A DNA stretch of 64,000 nucleotides, from assembly GCA_002269645.1 (NCBI GenBank), contig NIVC01002935.1:1-64000 (forward strand). The letters run 5' to 3'. Below are positions 45,372 through 57,794 of this stretch, piece after piece. Positions within the stretch are counted from its first letter, which is position 1. The number at the start of each line of letters is the position of its first letter. The notes beneath the pieces were generated by a model. It was not told the origin of the DNA. It worked only from the letters and a program-made list of their open reading frames with translations, and searched no databases. Both the position numbers and the translations under genes were made by a program. This DNA is from Macrostomum lignano (taxonomy: Eukaryota).

Positions 45372-48300
45372 ATGGCTGAGACGGAGCGCAGCTCCCGAGA
45401 CTCCAGCAGACAGCTGGCACTCCCGCCGCCGCACCACACCAGCAAGTACCACCTGATCTACAGTCTGCGCAAAGGTCTCAACGACGATGACGTGCTTGAT
45501 TATGCCGACTTCCTACAGTGAGTGATTTCTTACGAACTTTAAAGAAGCAGATTTTCTTTGTCTGTTTGTCTATTCTTTCAGCGCCTTGTCAAAGTGTCTC
45601 TGACTCGTCACGCAGAAGCTTTTTTACTCCCTCATCCAGCTGTGCTCAAGGCTCTAGAGTGCAATTAGACAGCCTTCTCCTGTTTCACTTGGTCAAACTA
45701 AAATCCTCATCATTAAAATTATACATGCAAACTCTCCAGTGCTCAGAGCTTCCGACGAAATTATCCTGAAATTATGGCTCTCCATATTTGCAGTAATTAC
45801 TCACCTCTCACTACTACTATAAATAACTAATTAATAGCACTACCTGACCTTCCCTTCTCACTCCAAATCGAAATTCGAACAGTTCAAAAGAGCGAATGTG
45901 CTGTCCTGACGGGTACCTGGACAGCCAGAAGCTGGTGTACCAGTACCAGCTGCACTCGCCCAACTTCAGTGTAGATCACCGTCAGGGTGGCGCCGATAGC
46001 GGCGCTCATCAGGATGCCGGCGGCGGAGGCGCCAAAACGGCGCCGAAATCCAAAAGCGGCGGCGCTGGCAGCAGCAGCGGCAGCGCCCAGGCGAAGCTGA
46101 TCGACCTGTCAATCAACCGGCAGCGGTTTGAGCGAGAGTACCGGGCCAAGCTGAAGAGGACTGAGGTGGGCAAGGAGCCGTGCAGTACTTGGCATCTCAC
46201 ACCCGATCCCACACCCTATCTCCCACTTCAATCCTACACCTGATCCCACACCCTACCTCCCACTTCAATCCCACACCTGATCCCACACCCTACCTCCCAC
46301 TTCAATCCTACACCTGATCCCACACCTACCTCCCACTTCAATCCCACACCTGATCCCACACCCTACCTCCCACTTCAATCCTACACCTGATCCCACACCT
46401 ACCTCCTACTTCAATCCCACACCTGATCCCACACCCTACCTCCCACTTCAATCCTACACCTGATCCCACACCCTACCTCCCACTTCAATCCTACACCTGA
46501 TCCCACACCTACCTCCCACTTCAATCCCACACCTGATCCCACACCCTACCTCCCACTTCAATCCTACACCTGATCCCACACCTACCTCCTACTTCAATCC
46601 CACACCTGATCCCACACCCTACCTCCCACTTCAATCCTACACCTGATCCCACACCCTACCTCCCACTTCAATCCCACACCTGATCCCACACCCTACCGCC
46701 CAATTCAATCCCACACCTGATCCCACACCCTACCTCCCACTTCAACCCTACACCTGATCCCACACCCTACCTCCCACTTCAATCCCACACCTGATCCCAC
46801 ACCCTACCTCCCACTTCAATCCTACACCTGATCCCACACCCTACCTCCCACTTCAATCCTACACCTGATCCCACACCCTACCTCCCACTTCAACCCTACA
46901 CCTGATCCCACACCTACCTCCCACTTCAACCCTACACCTGATCCCACACCCTACCTCCCACTTCAATCCTACACCTGATCCCACACCCTACCTCCCACTT
47001 CAATCCCACACCTGATCCCACACCCTACCTCCCACTTCAATCCCACACCTGATCCCACACCCTACCTCCCACTTCAATCCTACACCTGATCCCACACCCT
47101 ACCTCCCACTTCAATCCCACACCTGATCCCACACCCTACCTCCCACTTCAATCCCACACCTGATCCCACACCTACCTCCCACTTCAATCCTACACCTGAT
47201 CCCACACCCTACCTCCCACTTCAATCCTACACCTGATCCCACACCCTACCTCCAACTTCAATCCCACACCTGATCCCACACCCTACCTCCCACTTCAATC
47301 CCACACCTGATCCCACACCTACCTCCCACTTCAATCCTACACCTGATCCCACACCCTACCTCCCACTTCAATCCTACACCTGATCCCACACCCTACCTCC
47401 CACTTCAATCCCACACCTGATCCCACACCCTACCTCCCACTTCAATCCTACACCCCAGTCCACACAGCCCACACCACAAACCCAGGCAACTCTAAACCAA
47501 CCCTCCTGCATGTAGTAACCACTTCGAACACATTTTCCAGGTGTAACCGACAATACTTTGCAGGTACAACATGTACGCTTGGCTAATTAAATGTGTAAAA
47601 ACTGTTGTGCAAAATTACAATTGATAATTGGATTATTTTGTCACTTCTCAATTGCTTCTGACTGATAGCCCAGATCTTATAGATTTCATTTTATGCCATG
47701 TCTGCGATTCACCAGCTCACAAGATCAGAAATTATACTCGAGCACAAATTTCTCAAACTTGGCACAAAATTTGTTTAACTGAATAGCTATAGTTTGCATG
47801 GTTTCTTGTCGTATTGAAACTGGAAAATTGATTCATGAAGCGATTTCGAATGCCCGGGCAATCCGCAGGAGCAGATCGGCCAGTCCAAGCAGACCGAGCG
47901 GGTTGCCAAGCGACGGGAGGGCGACATTTTGAAAGATCAGCGAGAGATTCGCGTTGCCAGGCGGGAGTTCGCTAGAGGTTCGGCACTGAGAACTGTTGAT
48001 GCGTCCTTTGACCCCCTTGACCTCTCTTAGTCCCTTGGTGGGCAGCCGCTTGACCCTTGACCTCATATGATCCTTTGATGGACTGTTGCTTGACTCTTGA
48101 CCTCATATGACCCTTTAATGTCCGTTGCTTGACTATTGACCTCATATGACCTTTTGATGGACCGTTGCTTGACTCTTGACCTCATATGACCCTTTGATGG
48201 ACCGTTGCTTGACCCTTGACCTCATTTGACACTTTAATGGACCGTTGCTTGACTCTTGACCTCATATGACCCTTTGATGGACCGTTGCTTGACCCTTGAC

Positions 48301-51300
48301 CTCATTTGACACTTTAATGGACCGTTGCTTGACTATTGACCTCATATGACCTTTTGATGGACCGTTGCTTGACCCTTGACCTCATTTGACACTTTAATGG
48401 ACCGTTGCTTGACTATTGACCTCATATGACCTTTTGATGGACCGTTGCTTGACTATTGACCTCACTTGACCCTTTGATGGACCGTTGCTTGACCCTTGAC
48501 CTCATTTGACCCTTTAATGGACCGTTGCTTGACTCTTGACCTCACTTGATCCTTTGGCAGGCTGCAATGAACTATTTATGAACTTACCACATTGTGCTTT
48601 CTACTTAATATACCTCCAGCTCACCGAGCCTCATCAATCCAACCCTTACTTAAGAGAATGACCGGCAGCAGCAGACGGAGAACCAGCGACTGAACAGGGG
48701 CATGGAGCGGTACACCGAGATCAAGCGGGACCATCAGCACAAATTGACCACGGTGAGAAAATACAGATTTCACTTCAGCTTTTGAAAGACTTTGGACTCC
48801 TGTAGCCACAAATGCACACTTTGACAGCATCCATCACACCCTCTCTCTCAAAACTCCAGCTGGTGCACCAGCGCATGCAGGAGGCACTGCAACAGAGGGA
48901 GGAGGACTTGAACTCGGGCAGGAAAGTCATGAACAAGAGGTGAGCGCGGGTGATTTTCTTAAAATCTTACATTAAAAATGTATTGCTCTAACCATAATTA
49001 ATTAGCGATCCCCCCAAACACCCCGTCTGGCTCACCTTTATCCAAGGTGTTATAATTAGCGATCCGACCCCCCCCCCAAACACCTCCCTCCCGTCTGGCT
49101 CACCTTTATCCAAGGTGTTATAATTAGCGATCCGACCCCCCCCCCCAAACACCTCCCTCCCGTCTGGCTCACCTTTATCCAAGGTGTTATAATTAGCGAT
49201 CCGACCCCCCAAACACCTCCCTCCCGTCTGTCTCACCTTTATCCAAGGTGTTATAATTAGCGATCCGACCCCCCCCAAACACCCCATCCCGTCTGGCTCA
49301 CCTTTATCCAAGGTGTTATAATTAGCGATCCGACCCCCCCCCCCAAACACCTCCCTCCCGTCTGGCTCACCTTTATCCAAGGTGTTATAATTAGCGATCC
49401 GACCCCCCCCAAACACCTCCCTCCCGTCTGGCTCACCTTTATCCAAGGTGTTATAATTAGCGATCCGACCCCCCCCCCCAAACACCTCCCTCCCGTCTGG
49501 CTCACCTTTATCCAAGGTGTTATAATTAGCGATCCGACCCCCCCCAAACACCTCCCTCCCGTCTGGCTCACCTTTATCCAAGGTGTTATAATTAGCGATC
49601 CACCCCCCCCCCAAACACCTCCCTCCCGTCTGGCTCACCTTTATCCAAGGTGTTATAATTAGCGATCCGACCCCCCCCCCAAACACCTCCCTCCCGTCTG
49701 GCTCACCTTTATCAAAGGTGTTATAATTAGCGATCCGACCCCCCCCCCCCAAACACCTCCCTCCCGTCTGGCTCACCTTTATCCAAGGTGTTATAATTAG
49801 CGATCCGACCCCCCCCCAAACACCTCCCTCCGTCTGGCTCACCTTTATCCAAGGTGTTATAATTAGCGATCCACCCCCCCCCCAAACACATCCCGTCTGT
49901 CTCACCTTTATCCAAGGTGTCATAATTAGCGATCCACCCCCCCCAAACACATACCGTCTGTCTCACCTTTATCCAAGGTGTCATAATTAGCGATCCACCC
50001 CCCCCAAACACATACCGTCTGTCTCACTTTTATCCAAGGTGTCATAATAAGCGATCCGACCCCCCCCCCAAACACCCCCATCCCGTCTGGCTCACCTTTA
50101 TCCAAGGTGTTATAATTAGCGATCCGACCCCCCCCCCCCCAAACACCTCCCTCCCGTCTGGCTCACCTTTATCCAAGGTGTTATAATTAGCGATCCACCC
50201 CCCCAAACACCTCCCTCCCGTCTGGCTCACCTATATCCAAGGTGTTATAATTAGCGATCCGACCCCCCCCCCAAACACCTCCCTCCCGTCTGGCTCACCT
50301 TTATCCATGGTGTTATAATTAGCGATCCGACCCCCCCCCAAACACCTCCCTCCCGTCTGGCTCACCTTTATCCAAGGTGTTATAATTAGCGATCCACCCC
50401 CCCCCCCAAACACATCCCGTCTGTCTCACCTTTATCCAAGGTGTCATAATTAGCAATCCACCCCCCCCCCAAACACATACCGTCTGTCTCACCTTTATCC
50501 AAGGTGTCATAATTAGCGATCCACCCCCCCCCAAACACATCCCATCTGTCTCACCTTTATCCAAGGTGTCATAATTAGCGATCCACCCCCCCGAACGCAT
50601 CCCGTCTGTCTCACCTTTATCCAAGGTGTCATAATTAGCGATCCGACCCCCCGATTCACCCAAAACCTCCGCAGCCTCAGCCTGTCCCGCCAGTACCGCG
50701 CCAAGCTCGACTCGCTGCAGCTGAAGCGGCTGGAGGTGGACCGCCTGATGGCCGACTACGAGAAGCGGTTGCGGTTGAAACGTGAGCAGGAGGAGGCTCT
50801 GCTGCGGGAGCTCAGAGAGCTCGGAGACGACCTGGGCATGGAAGCTATCAAGGGCCGGGAGCTCAGCCTGCAGCAGCTGCGGCAGAGACAGCTGGGCGAG
50901 AAGGAGAAAGTGCGCCAGGACCGCGAGGAGGAGACGAGCGTCGAAGAGCAGCTGAAGTGAGTGGCTGCAGAATATAAAATCTACTTGAAGGCTAAAAATG
51001 GGAACGGATACAACGACAGGTGAGGTGAGAAGAGATGAGGGAGAGGTGAGAGAGGAGATGAGGGAGAGGTGAGAGAGGAGATGAGGGAGAGGTGAGAGAG
51101 GAGATGAGGGAGAGGTAAGAGGAGATGAGGGAGAGGTAGGAGGAGATGAGAGAGGTAAGAGGAGATGAGGGATAGATAAGAGGAGATGAGGGAGAGGTAA
51201 GAGCAGATAAGGCAGAAGAGGTGAGAGAGGAGATGAGAGAAAGGTGAGATAGGAGATGAGGGAGAGGTAAGAGTAGATGAGGGAGAGGTAGGAGGAGATG

Positions 51301-54300
51301 AGAGAGAGGTAAGAGGAGATGAGAGAGAAATAAGAGGAGATGAGGTAAGAGGAGATGAGGGAGAGGTAGGAGGAGATGAGAGAGAGGTAAGAGGAGATGA
51401 GAGAGAAATAAGAGGAGATGAGGTAAGAGGAGATGAGGGAGAGGTAGGAGGAGATGAGAGAGGTAAGAGGAGATGAGGGAGAGATAAGAGGAGATGAGGG
51501 AGAGGTAAGAGCAGATAAGGCAGAAGAGGTGAGAGAGGAGATGAGAGAAAGGTGAGATAGGAGATGAGGGAGAGGTAAGAGTAGATGAGGGAGAGGTAGG
51601 AGGAGATGAGAGAGAGGTAAGAGGAGATGAGAGAGAAATAAGAGGAGATGAGGCAGAGGTGAGATAGGAGATAAGGCAGAAGTGAGAGAGGAGATGAAGG
51701 AGAGGTAAGAGAGGAGATGAAGGGGAGGTGAGAGAGGAGATGAAGGGGAGGTGAGAGAGGAGATGACGGAGAGGTGAGAGAGAAGATAAGTGAGAGGTGA
51801 GAGAGGAGATGAGGGAGAGGTGAGAGAGAAGATAAGTGAGAGGTGAGAGAGGAGATGAGGGAGAGGTGAGAGAGGAGATGAGGGAGATGTGGGAGAGGAG
51901 ATGGAGAGAGCGCAAGAATCCCATGCCCAACTTTTTACATAGCTGAAAAATGAACTCAAATTTCAAAGCAGTGCAGTTTGCAATCGCATTTCAACTGCCT
52001 CCAACGCCACCCCAAGCGGAGAGGTTGCGCTTGAGTCCAGCTCAAACAACTTGCTACTTTTGGTCTGAGAGCAGGCCCAGTCCCAGAGCTTTGCGAGAAA
52101 GTCTCTTCTAGCAGAGCTGTCAAAAAAGCAATTTCCGCTCCGCTATCGGCTCTCAGATTTTCTCAAACTTTCTTATTACAGTTTAAAGAGATTCTCTCGA
52201 CAAGTGCCACTTTTTAACTTGTGTTTATTCACAAACATCTGCGACACAGGAAATATTGCTGGCCTCCTTATGGAATATCAAAAACACCCAAATCGGCGCC
52301 TCATAAACACCCAAATCGGTGCCTCATAAACACCCAAATCGGCGCCTCATGAACACCCAAATCGGCGCCTCATAAACACCCAAATCGGCGCCTCATAAAC
52401 ACCCAAATCGGCGCCTCATAAACACCTAAATCGGCGCCTCATAAACACTCAAATCGGCGCCTCATAAACACCCAAATCGGCGCCTCATTAACACCTAAAT
52501 CGGCGCCTCATAAACACCCAAATCGGCGCCTCACAAACACCCAAATCGGCGCCTCAAAAACACACCAAAATGGCGCCTCAGAAACACCCAAATCGGTGCC
52601 TCATAAACACCTAAATAGGCGCCTCATAAACACTCAAATCGGCGCTCATAAACACCCAAATCGGCGCCTCATAAACACCCAAATCGGCGCCTCATAAACA
52701 CCTAAATCGGCGCCTCATAAACACTCAAATCGGCGCCTCATAAACACCCAAATCGGCGCCTCATTAACACCTAAATAGGCGCCTCATAAACACTCAAATC
52801 GGCGCTCATAAACACCCAAATCGGCGCCTCATGAACACCCAAATCGGCGCCTCATAAACACCTAAATCAGCGCCTCATAAACACCCAAATCGGCGCCTCA
52901 TGAACACCCAAATCAGCGCCTCATAAACATCCAAATCGGCGCCTCAGAAACACCCAAATCGGTGCCTCATAAACACCTAAATCGGCGCCTCATAAACACT
53001 CAAATCGGTGCTCATAAACACCCAAATCGGCGCCTCATAAACACCCAAATCGGCGCCTCATAAACACCCGAATCGGCGCCTCATGAACACCCAAATCGGC
53101 GCCTCATAAACACCCAAATCAGCGCCTCATAAACACCCGAATCGGCGCCTCATGAACACCCAAATCGGCGCCTCATAAACACCCAAATCGGCGCCTCATA
53201 AACACCCGAATCGGCGCCTCATAAACACCCGAATCGGCGCCTCATGAACACCCAAATCGGCGCCTCATGAACACCCAAATCAGCGCCTCATAAACACCCA
53301 AATCGGCGCCTCATGAACACCCAAATCGGCGCCTTATAAATACCCAAATCAGCGCCTCATAAACACCCAAATCGGCGCCTCATAAAAACCCAAATCGGCG
53401 CCTCCTAAACACCCAAATCGGCGCTTCATAAACACCTAAATCGGCGCCTCACAAACACCCAAATCGGCGCCTCATAAACACCTAATTTACGCCCTTTTAA
53501 ACGCCCTTTCGATGCTCCAAACCAACCTCGCCGCTTCCAGGCACGGCTCCGACGACCAGAAGGCGTCGGTGATGCGGCAGCGCCGGCTCTCCGCCGAGCT
53601 CGCCAATCGCAACGAGCGACTCGACGCCAAGAAGCGCCAAGACGATCGAGCGCTCATCGACACGCGCACCGCGCTCAACATGGAGACTCGGCGGCAGCGC
53701 CAGCTGGACAAGGAGCTCCAGCTGGCCGACACGGACAGGCGACGGGTGCGAGTTGAACAGCGCGTCGATGAGGCGCGCGACCGACGCCGACAGCAGACTG
53801 AGGAGCAGATGTCGGAGCGACGCGAGCGGGCCGATGAGAGCGAGGCGACGTACGCGGAACGGGCGCAGCAGCGGGCAGCGGCGGCGCAGCGGGCGGATCA
53901 CGACGAGGCGCTGCGACACTTCCAGGTGCGTAGCTGACGTCTGATCTTTTTCCCGATATGTATCGAAAGTAGCTCTGTAAATCTCACCGATATGTATCGA
54001 AAGTAGCTCTATGACTCTCACCGATATGTATCGAAAGTAGCTATCAATCTCACCGATATGTATCGAAAGTAGCTGTGAATCTCACCGATATGTATCGAAA
54101 TGTTGCTTCCCCCAAATCAGCGAGTGGTTTCCAAGCTGGAGGACGAGGAGGCGTCTCTGTACCAGCGAGTTCGATCCACGGAGGCCAGTCGGCAGGACGA
54201 GGAGCAGCAGGTCCGGCGGCTGGCCGCGCAGCTCCGCCGAGCCCGCGGCCGTGGCGCCAGCGAGTCGCTGCAGCGGCTGGCGGCCAGCAACCGAGAGGCC

Positions 54301-54591
54301 CGCCAGCTGGAGGAGGAGCTGCTGCGGCACCAGTCCCGGCTGGACTCGGTGAGTTGCCACTTTTTGTATTTTTTTACAAAATGCAGAAAAATTCGTACAA
54401 GCTACTTATCGAATAAGTAGTTTGAGTGCGTATTTAACAGTCGACCCGTTTTTCCACAGCTGACGGCGGAGCGGGAGGAGGCCTACCTGCGGCTGGAGGG
54501 CAAGCGGCTGGAGCTGGCCAGGGACCGCGACACGATGGAGCGGGAGAAGCTGGAGAGGGACAGAATGCTCAGCATTGGTGAAAAAAAATGA
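45372..54591 (+). CDS. Uncharacterised coiled-coil (trichohyalin-like, R/E/Q-rich) protein, 9 exons, ~580 aa
   Basis: Exons 45372-45517, 45883-46165, 47869-47977, 48655-48752, 48860-48939, 50675-50956, 53541-53925, 54121-54348, 54460-54591. All GT-AG with compatible phases (2,0,1,0,2,2,0,0). The 3' end may extend via G|gtgaaa at 54577. Confidence 0.75.
46195..47455. repeat. Intronic 37-bp repeat
   Basis: TGATCCCACACCCTACCTCCCACTTCAATCCTACACC, ~34 copies. Confidence 0.96.
48045..48555. repeat. Intronic 41-bp repeat
   Basis: TTGACTCTTGACCTCATATGACCCTTTGATGGACCGTTGCT. Confidence 0.93.
48995..50650. repeat. Intronic ~66-bp repeat with a variable poly-C tract
   Basis: GATCCGA(C)nAAACACCTCCCTCCCGTCTGGCTCACCTTTATCCAAGGTGTTATAATTAGC, ~25 copies. 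Confidence 0.96.
51018..51910. repeat. Intronic polypurine (GA-rich) repeat
   Basis: GAGAGGAGATGAGGGAGAGGT(G/A)AGA variants. Confidence 0.92.
52280..53485. repeat. Intronic 23-bp repeat
   Basis: AAACACCCAAATCGGCGCCTCAT, ~50 copies. Confidence 0.96.
53950..54100. repeat. Intronic 32-34-bp repeat, 5 copies
   Basis: TCACCGATATGTATCGAAAGTAGCT...; CGATA/TATCG mini-hairpin. Confidence 0.9.
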
Positions 54592-55094
54592 TTCACTGAT
54601 CAGGACAAACCGTGAAATCAATTTAAGAGGTGATAAGTAGTACATGATCTCTTCGATAAGTAGTATAGTTGTAGTGCTCTCACACACGACTTCAGAGACT
54701 TTATCTTCCTAAAAAGTACTCCATCTGTTGATTTTGTGGATATTCACTATGCTCAAATTTTTTTTCAAAAACTTGCAAATAAAATTTTTTTTGAATATAC
54801 GGCTCTGCGATTCCTAGAACACACAGAAACTCACCCACAGTGCCTTTTCTGTGACCCGTCCTTTTAATGTCATTTTTATGTAGAGTTTATTTTTGGGAAT
54901 GCGAGATCAAACCAATCACTTGCTTACAGAATGAGTTATATTTTTGACGGATTTTTTTTGTTTAACTGCATTGCCCTGCCGTTATTTGAAAATAAAACGA
55001 ATTCAGAAGTCGTTTGGGCTTCACTAATTTTATAGTTTACTCGTATTTATAAAAGCAGATTCGACTGACTTTTGTGTCAATAAATGTTATTTAG

Positions 55095-57130
55095 ACCCGG
55101 TTGCACCCACCAGGCTTCACCCACCCCGGATTCAGCCACACCAGCTTCAACCACCCCAGTTGCGCCCACCCGGCTTCACCCATTCACAGTTTCACCCATT
55201 CACAGTTTCACCCATTCACAGTTTCACTCATTCACAGTTTCACCCATTCACAGTTTCACCCATTCACAGTTTCACTCATTCACAGTTTCACCCATTCACA
55301 GTTTCACCCATTCACAGTTTCACCCATTCACAGTTTCACCCATTCACAGTTTCACCCATTCACAGTTTCACCCACCCCAGCTTTACAAACCCCAGCTTCA
55401 CCCTCTCTATTTATTCATTTAGTCCAATTTTACTTTCCGAGAAGTTTCTCTGCTCGCTGATCTCCTAAGGAAGCTCATTTCTCTAGCAAAGCTTGAGCCA
55501 GTTGAAAGCACCTGCAACTCACAGAACTGGACACCCAACCGAGGTCCCGTAGCTGTGAACCCTCGATTCAAATTCTATAGCAAAGCTAATAAATCATATT
55601 GAGTCAGCTTGAGCAGTGTATTTTGTTCGAGAGGCGGCTTCTTAGACTCTTAGAGACAGAAACTTCTACATGTAACTCAAGGCGTTTGATCTACCAACTC
55701 TTGTCTCACTTCAAGCTATGAGCAGCGGTTCAGTGTGGCTGAGTTTTAGGATTTTTTCATTTGATTTGATGCTGCTCAACTTTCAGACTACCGACTAAAC
55801 ACCCAAGTTCGAGGTTGGTCATCATGTGAGGGTGATTCTCATGCAGAGGATTTCAGTCGAATGGGGCGCTAGTTCGGGAAATTTACAATTTACAGGCACT
55901 CCATTTTCACCATGTCGCTATTTTCACTCCCAGTTTCACTCCCAGTTTCACTCCTCGATTTTCACTCCCCGATTGTCACTCTCCCATTTTCACTCCAAGT
56001 TTCACTCTTCAATTTTCACTCCCCCATTTTCACTCCCCCATTTTCACTCTCCCATTTTCGCTTCTCGATTTTCACTCCCCCATTTTCACTCCCCGATTTT
56101 CACTCTCCCATTTTCACTCACAGTTTCACTCCTCAATTTTTACTCTCCCATTTTCACTAACAGTTTCACTCCCTGATTTTAACTCTCCCAGTTTCACTCC
56201 TCGATTTTCACGCCCCCATTTTCACTCCACCATTTTCACTCCCCCATTTTCACTCCCCCATTTTCACTCCCCCATTTTCACTCCCCGATTTTCACTCTTT
56301 TTTTACTTCTATCCTATACTAGCTTTCTGAGAATGCTAAATAAGCCCTGCAATTGAAACATCCCTTGAAACGAAATCTCTATTAATTATAAAGTTTCGCT
56401 CCGATTCAGAAGACTAACTCAGTTTCAATTTCTGTCCTTGCTATAAACGTCAAGAAAATCTGCCCCCCCGCCAGAGGACTGCAGGCAGCTCGCTCAACCA
56501 AAATTGCAGTTTCAGTGAAGTGGCGCGAGAGGGGACTGCCAGGCTGTTGGGTTGAGTAAATAAAATAAAGTTCACTGAGCTCCCCTGACTGCGTTGCTGC
56601 AGTTTTCAGACTGAAGTCAGGGAGAGGAGGGTGTGGTAAGCGGTGTGGGATTTCTAGTCTGAAGTGTGGGGTCCGGCGTGTGGGGTGTGGTTGTGAGATG
56701 TGGGGTCTGGGGTCTGGGGTATAGGGTTTGGGGTTTGGGCTCTGGAGTCTGGGGTGTGGGGTCTCGAATGTTAGGTTTAGGGAAAGTAAAAATAATTCTT
56801 TTTTTTCTTAAAATTCTTACAACGAGTAGCTTTATTCTACATTGCATGCATGAAGCGGGGCTAAGGGGCCCACCCCGGTTTCACCCACTCCGGTTTCACC
56901 CACCCCGGTTTCACCCACCCCGGTTTCACCCACCCCGGTTTCACCCACCCCGGTTTCACCCACCCTCGGTTTCACCCACCCTCGGTTTCACCCACCCCGG
57001 TTTCACCCTCCCCAGTTTCACCCACCCCAGTTTCACCCCCCCAGTTTCACCCACCCGGTTTCACCCACCCCGGTTTCACCCACCCCGGTTTCACCCACCC
57101 CAGCTTCACTCGGCCCCAGCTTCACCTACC
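55095..57130. repeat. Three separate 15-16-bp arrays sharing a TTTCAC core
   Basis: CACAGTTTCACCCATT (55160-55375), TTTTCACTCCCCCA (55900-56300), CACCCACCCCGGTTT (56870-57130). Confidence 0.85.
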
Positions 57131-57794
57131 TCATCTTCACCCACCCAACTTCCCCTTACGAGCTTCACGAGTTAATGCGTAGCAAGCATAATTTTCAGTC
57201 CATATAAATGAATTCACTCACCAATACAAGACAAACTATTTAAACCAAACGCATTTTCACTAAAAAATATCCGCAAACCCATTCTAATTCTGCATCATTC
57301 GCATTTCTAAAAAGTGAGACAGGCCTTTCCATGAGCCTGAGAGGACTTGACTGTGAGAGCAATTCTAAATCTTGAGATTTGAATTTTGCATTCTTTTGTA
57401 AAATTTCCATTCAATAAAAAATGTCGCTTTGTCGTTAAAAAGCAAAAGAGAAGCTATTTGCATCTGCAATTCTACCCTACTGACAAATTGAAGAAGCAAA
57501 CTGAAGGTTTTATTCAACCCGGCTCTGTCTGCTTGCCTCAATACAGGGTGCCAGGAGGGGCAGCAGCATGGACCAGAAAAAGAAGTTATTGATTTCCAAG
57601 CTCAGTTGCAGGCAGGCGTAAACAGCCAATACCAAGCTAATAGAGGATTAAGGCTCTTGTCTGGCTATTCTTTCTACTCTTTCCGCTGTATTGTTCTACC
57701 AACTATAGCATACAAGCGGTAGGACTGCCTTTGATCTGCAGTGCATTAATCCAATAAGAGTCCGCTGTATTCGTTATTTTAATGTCATTTTAAC

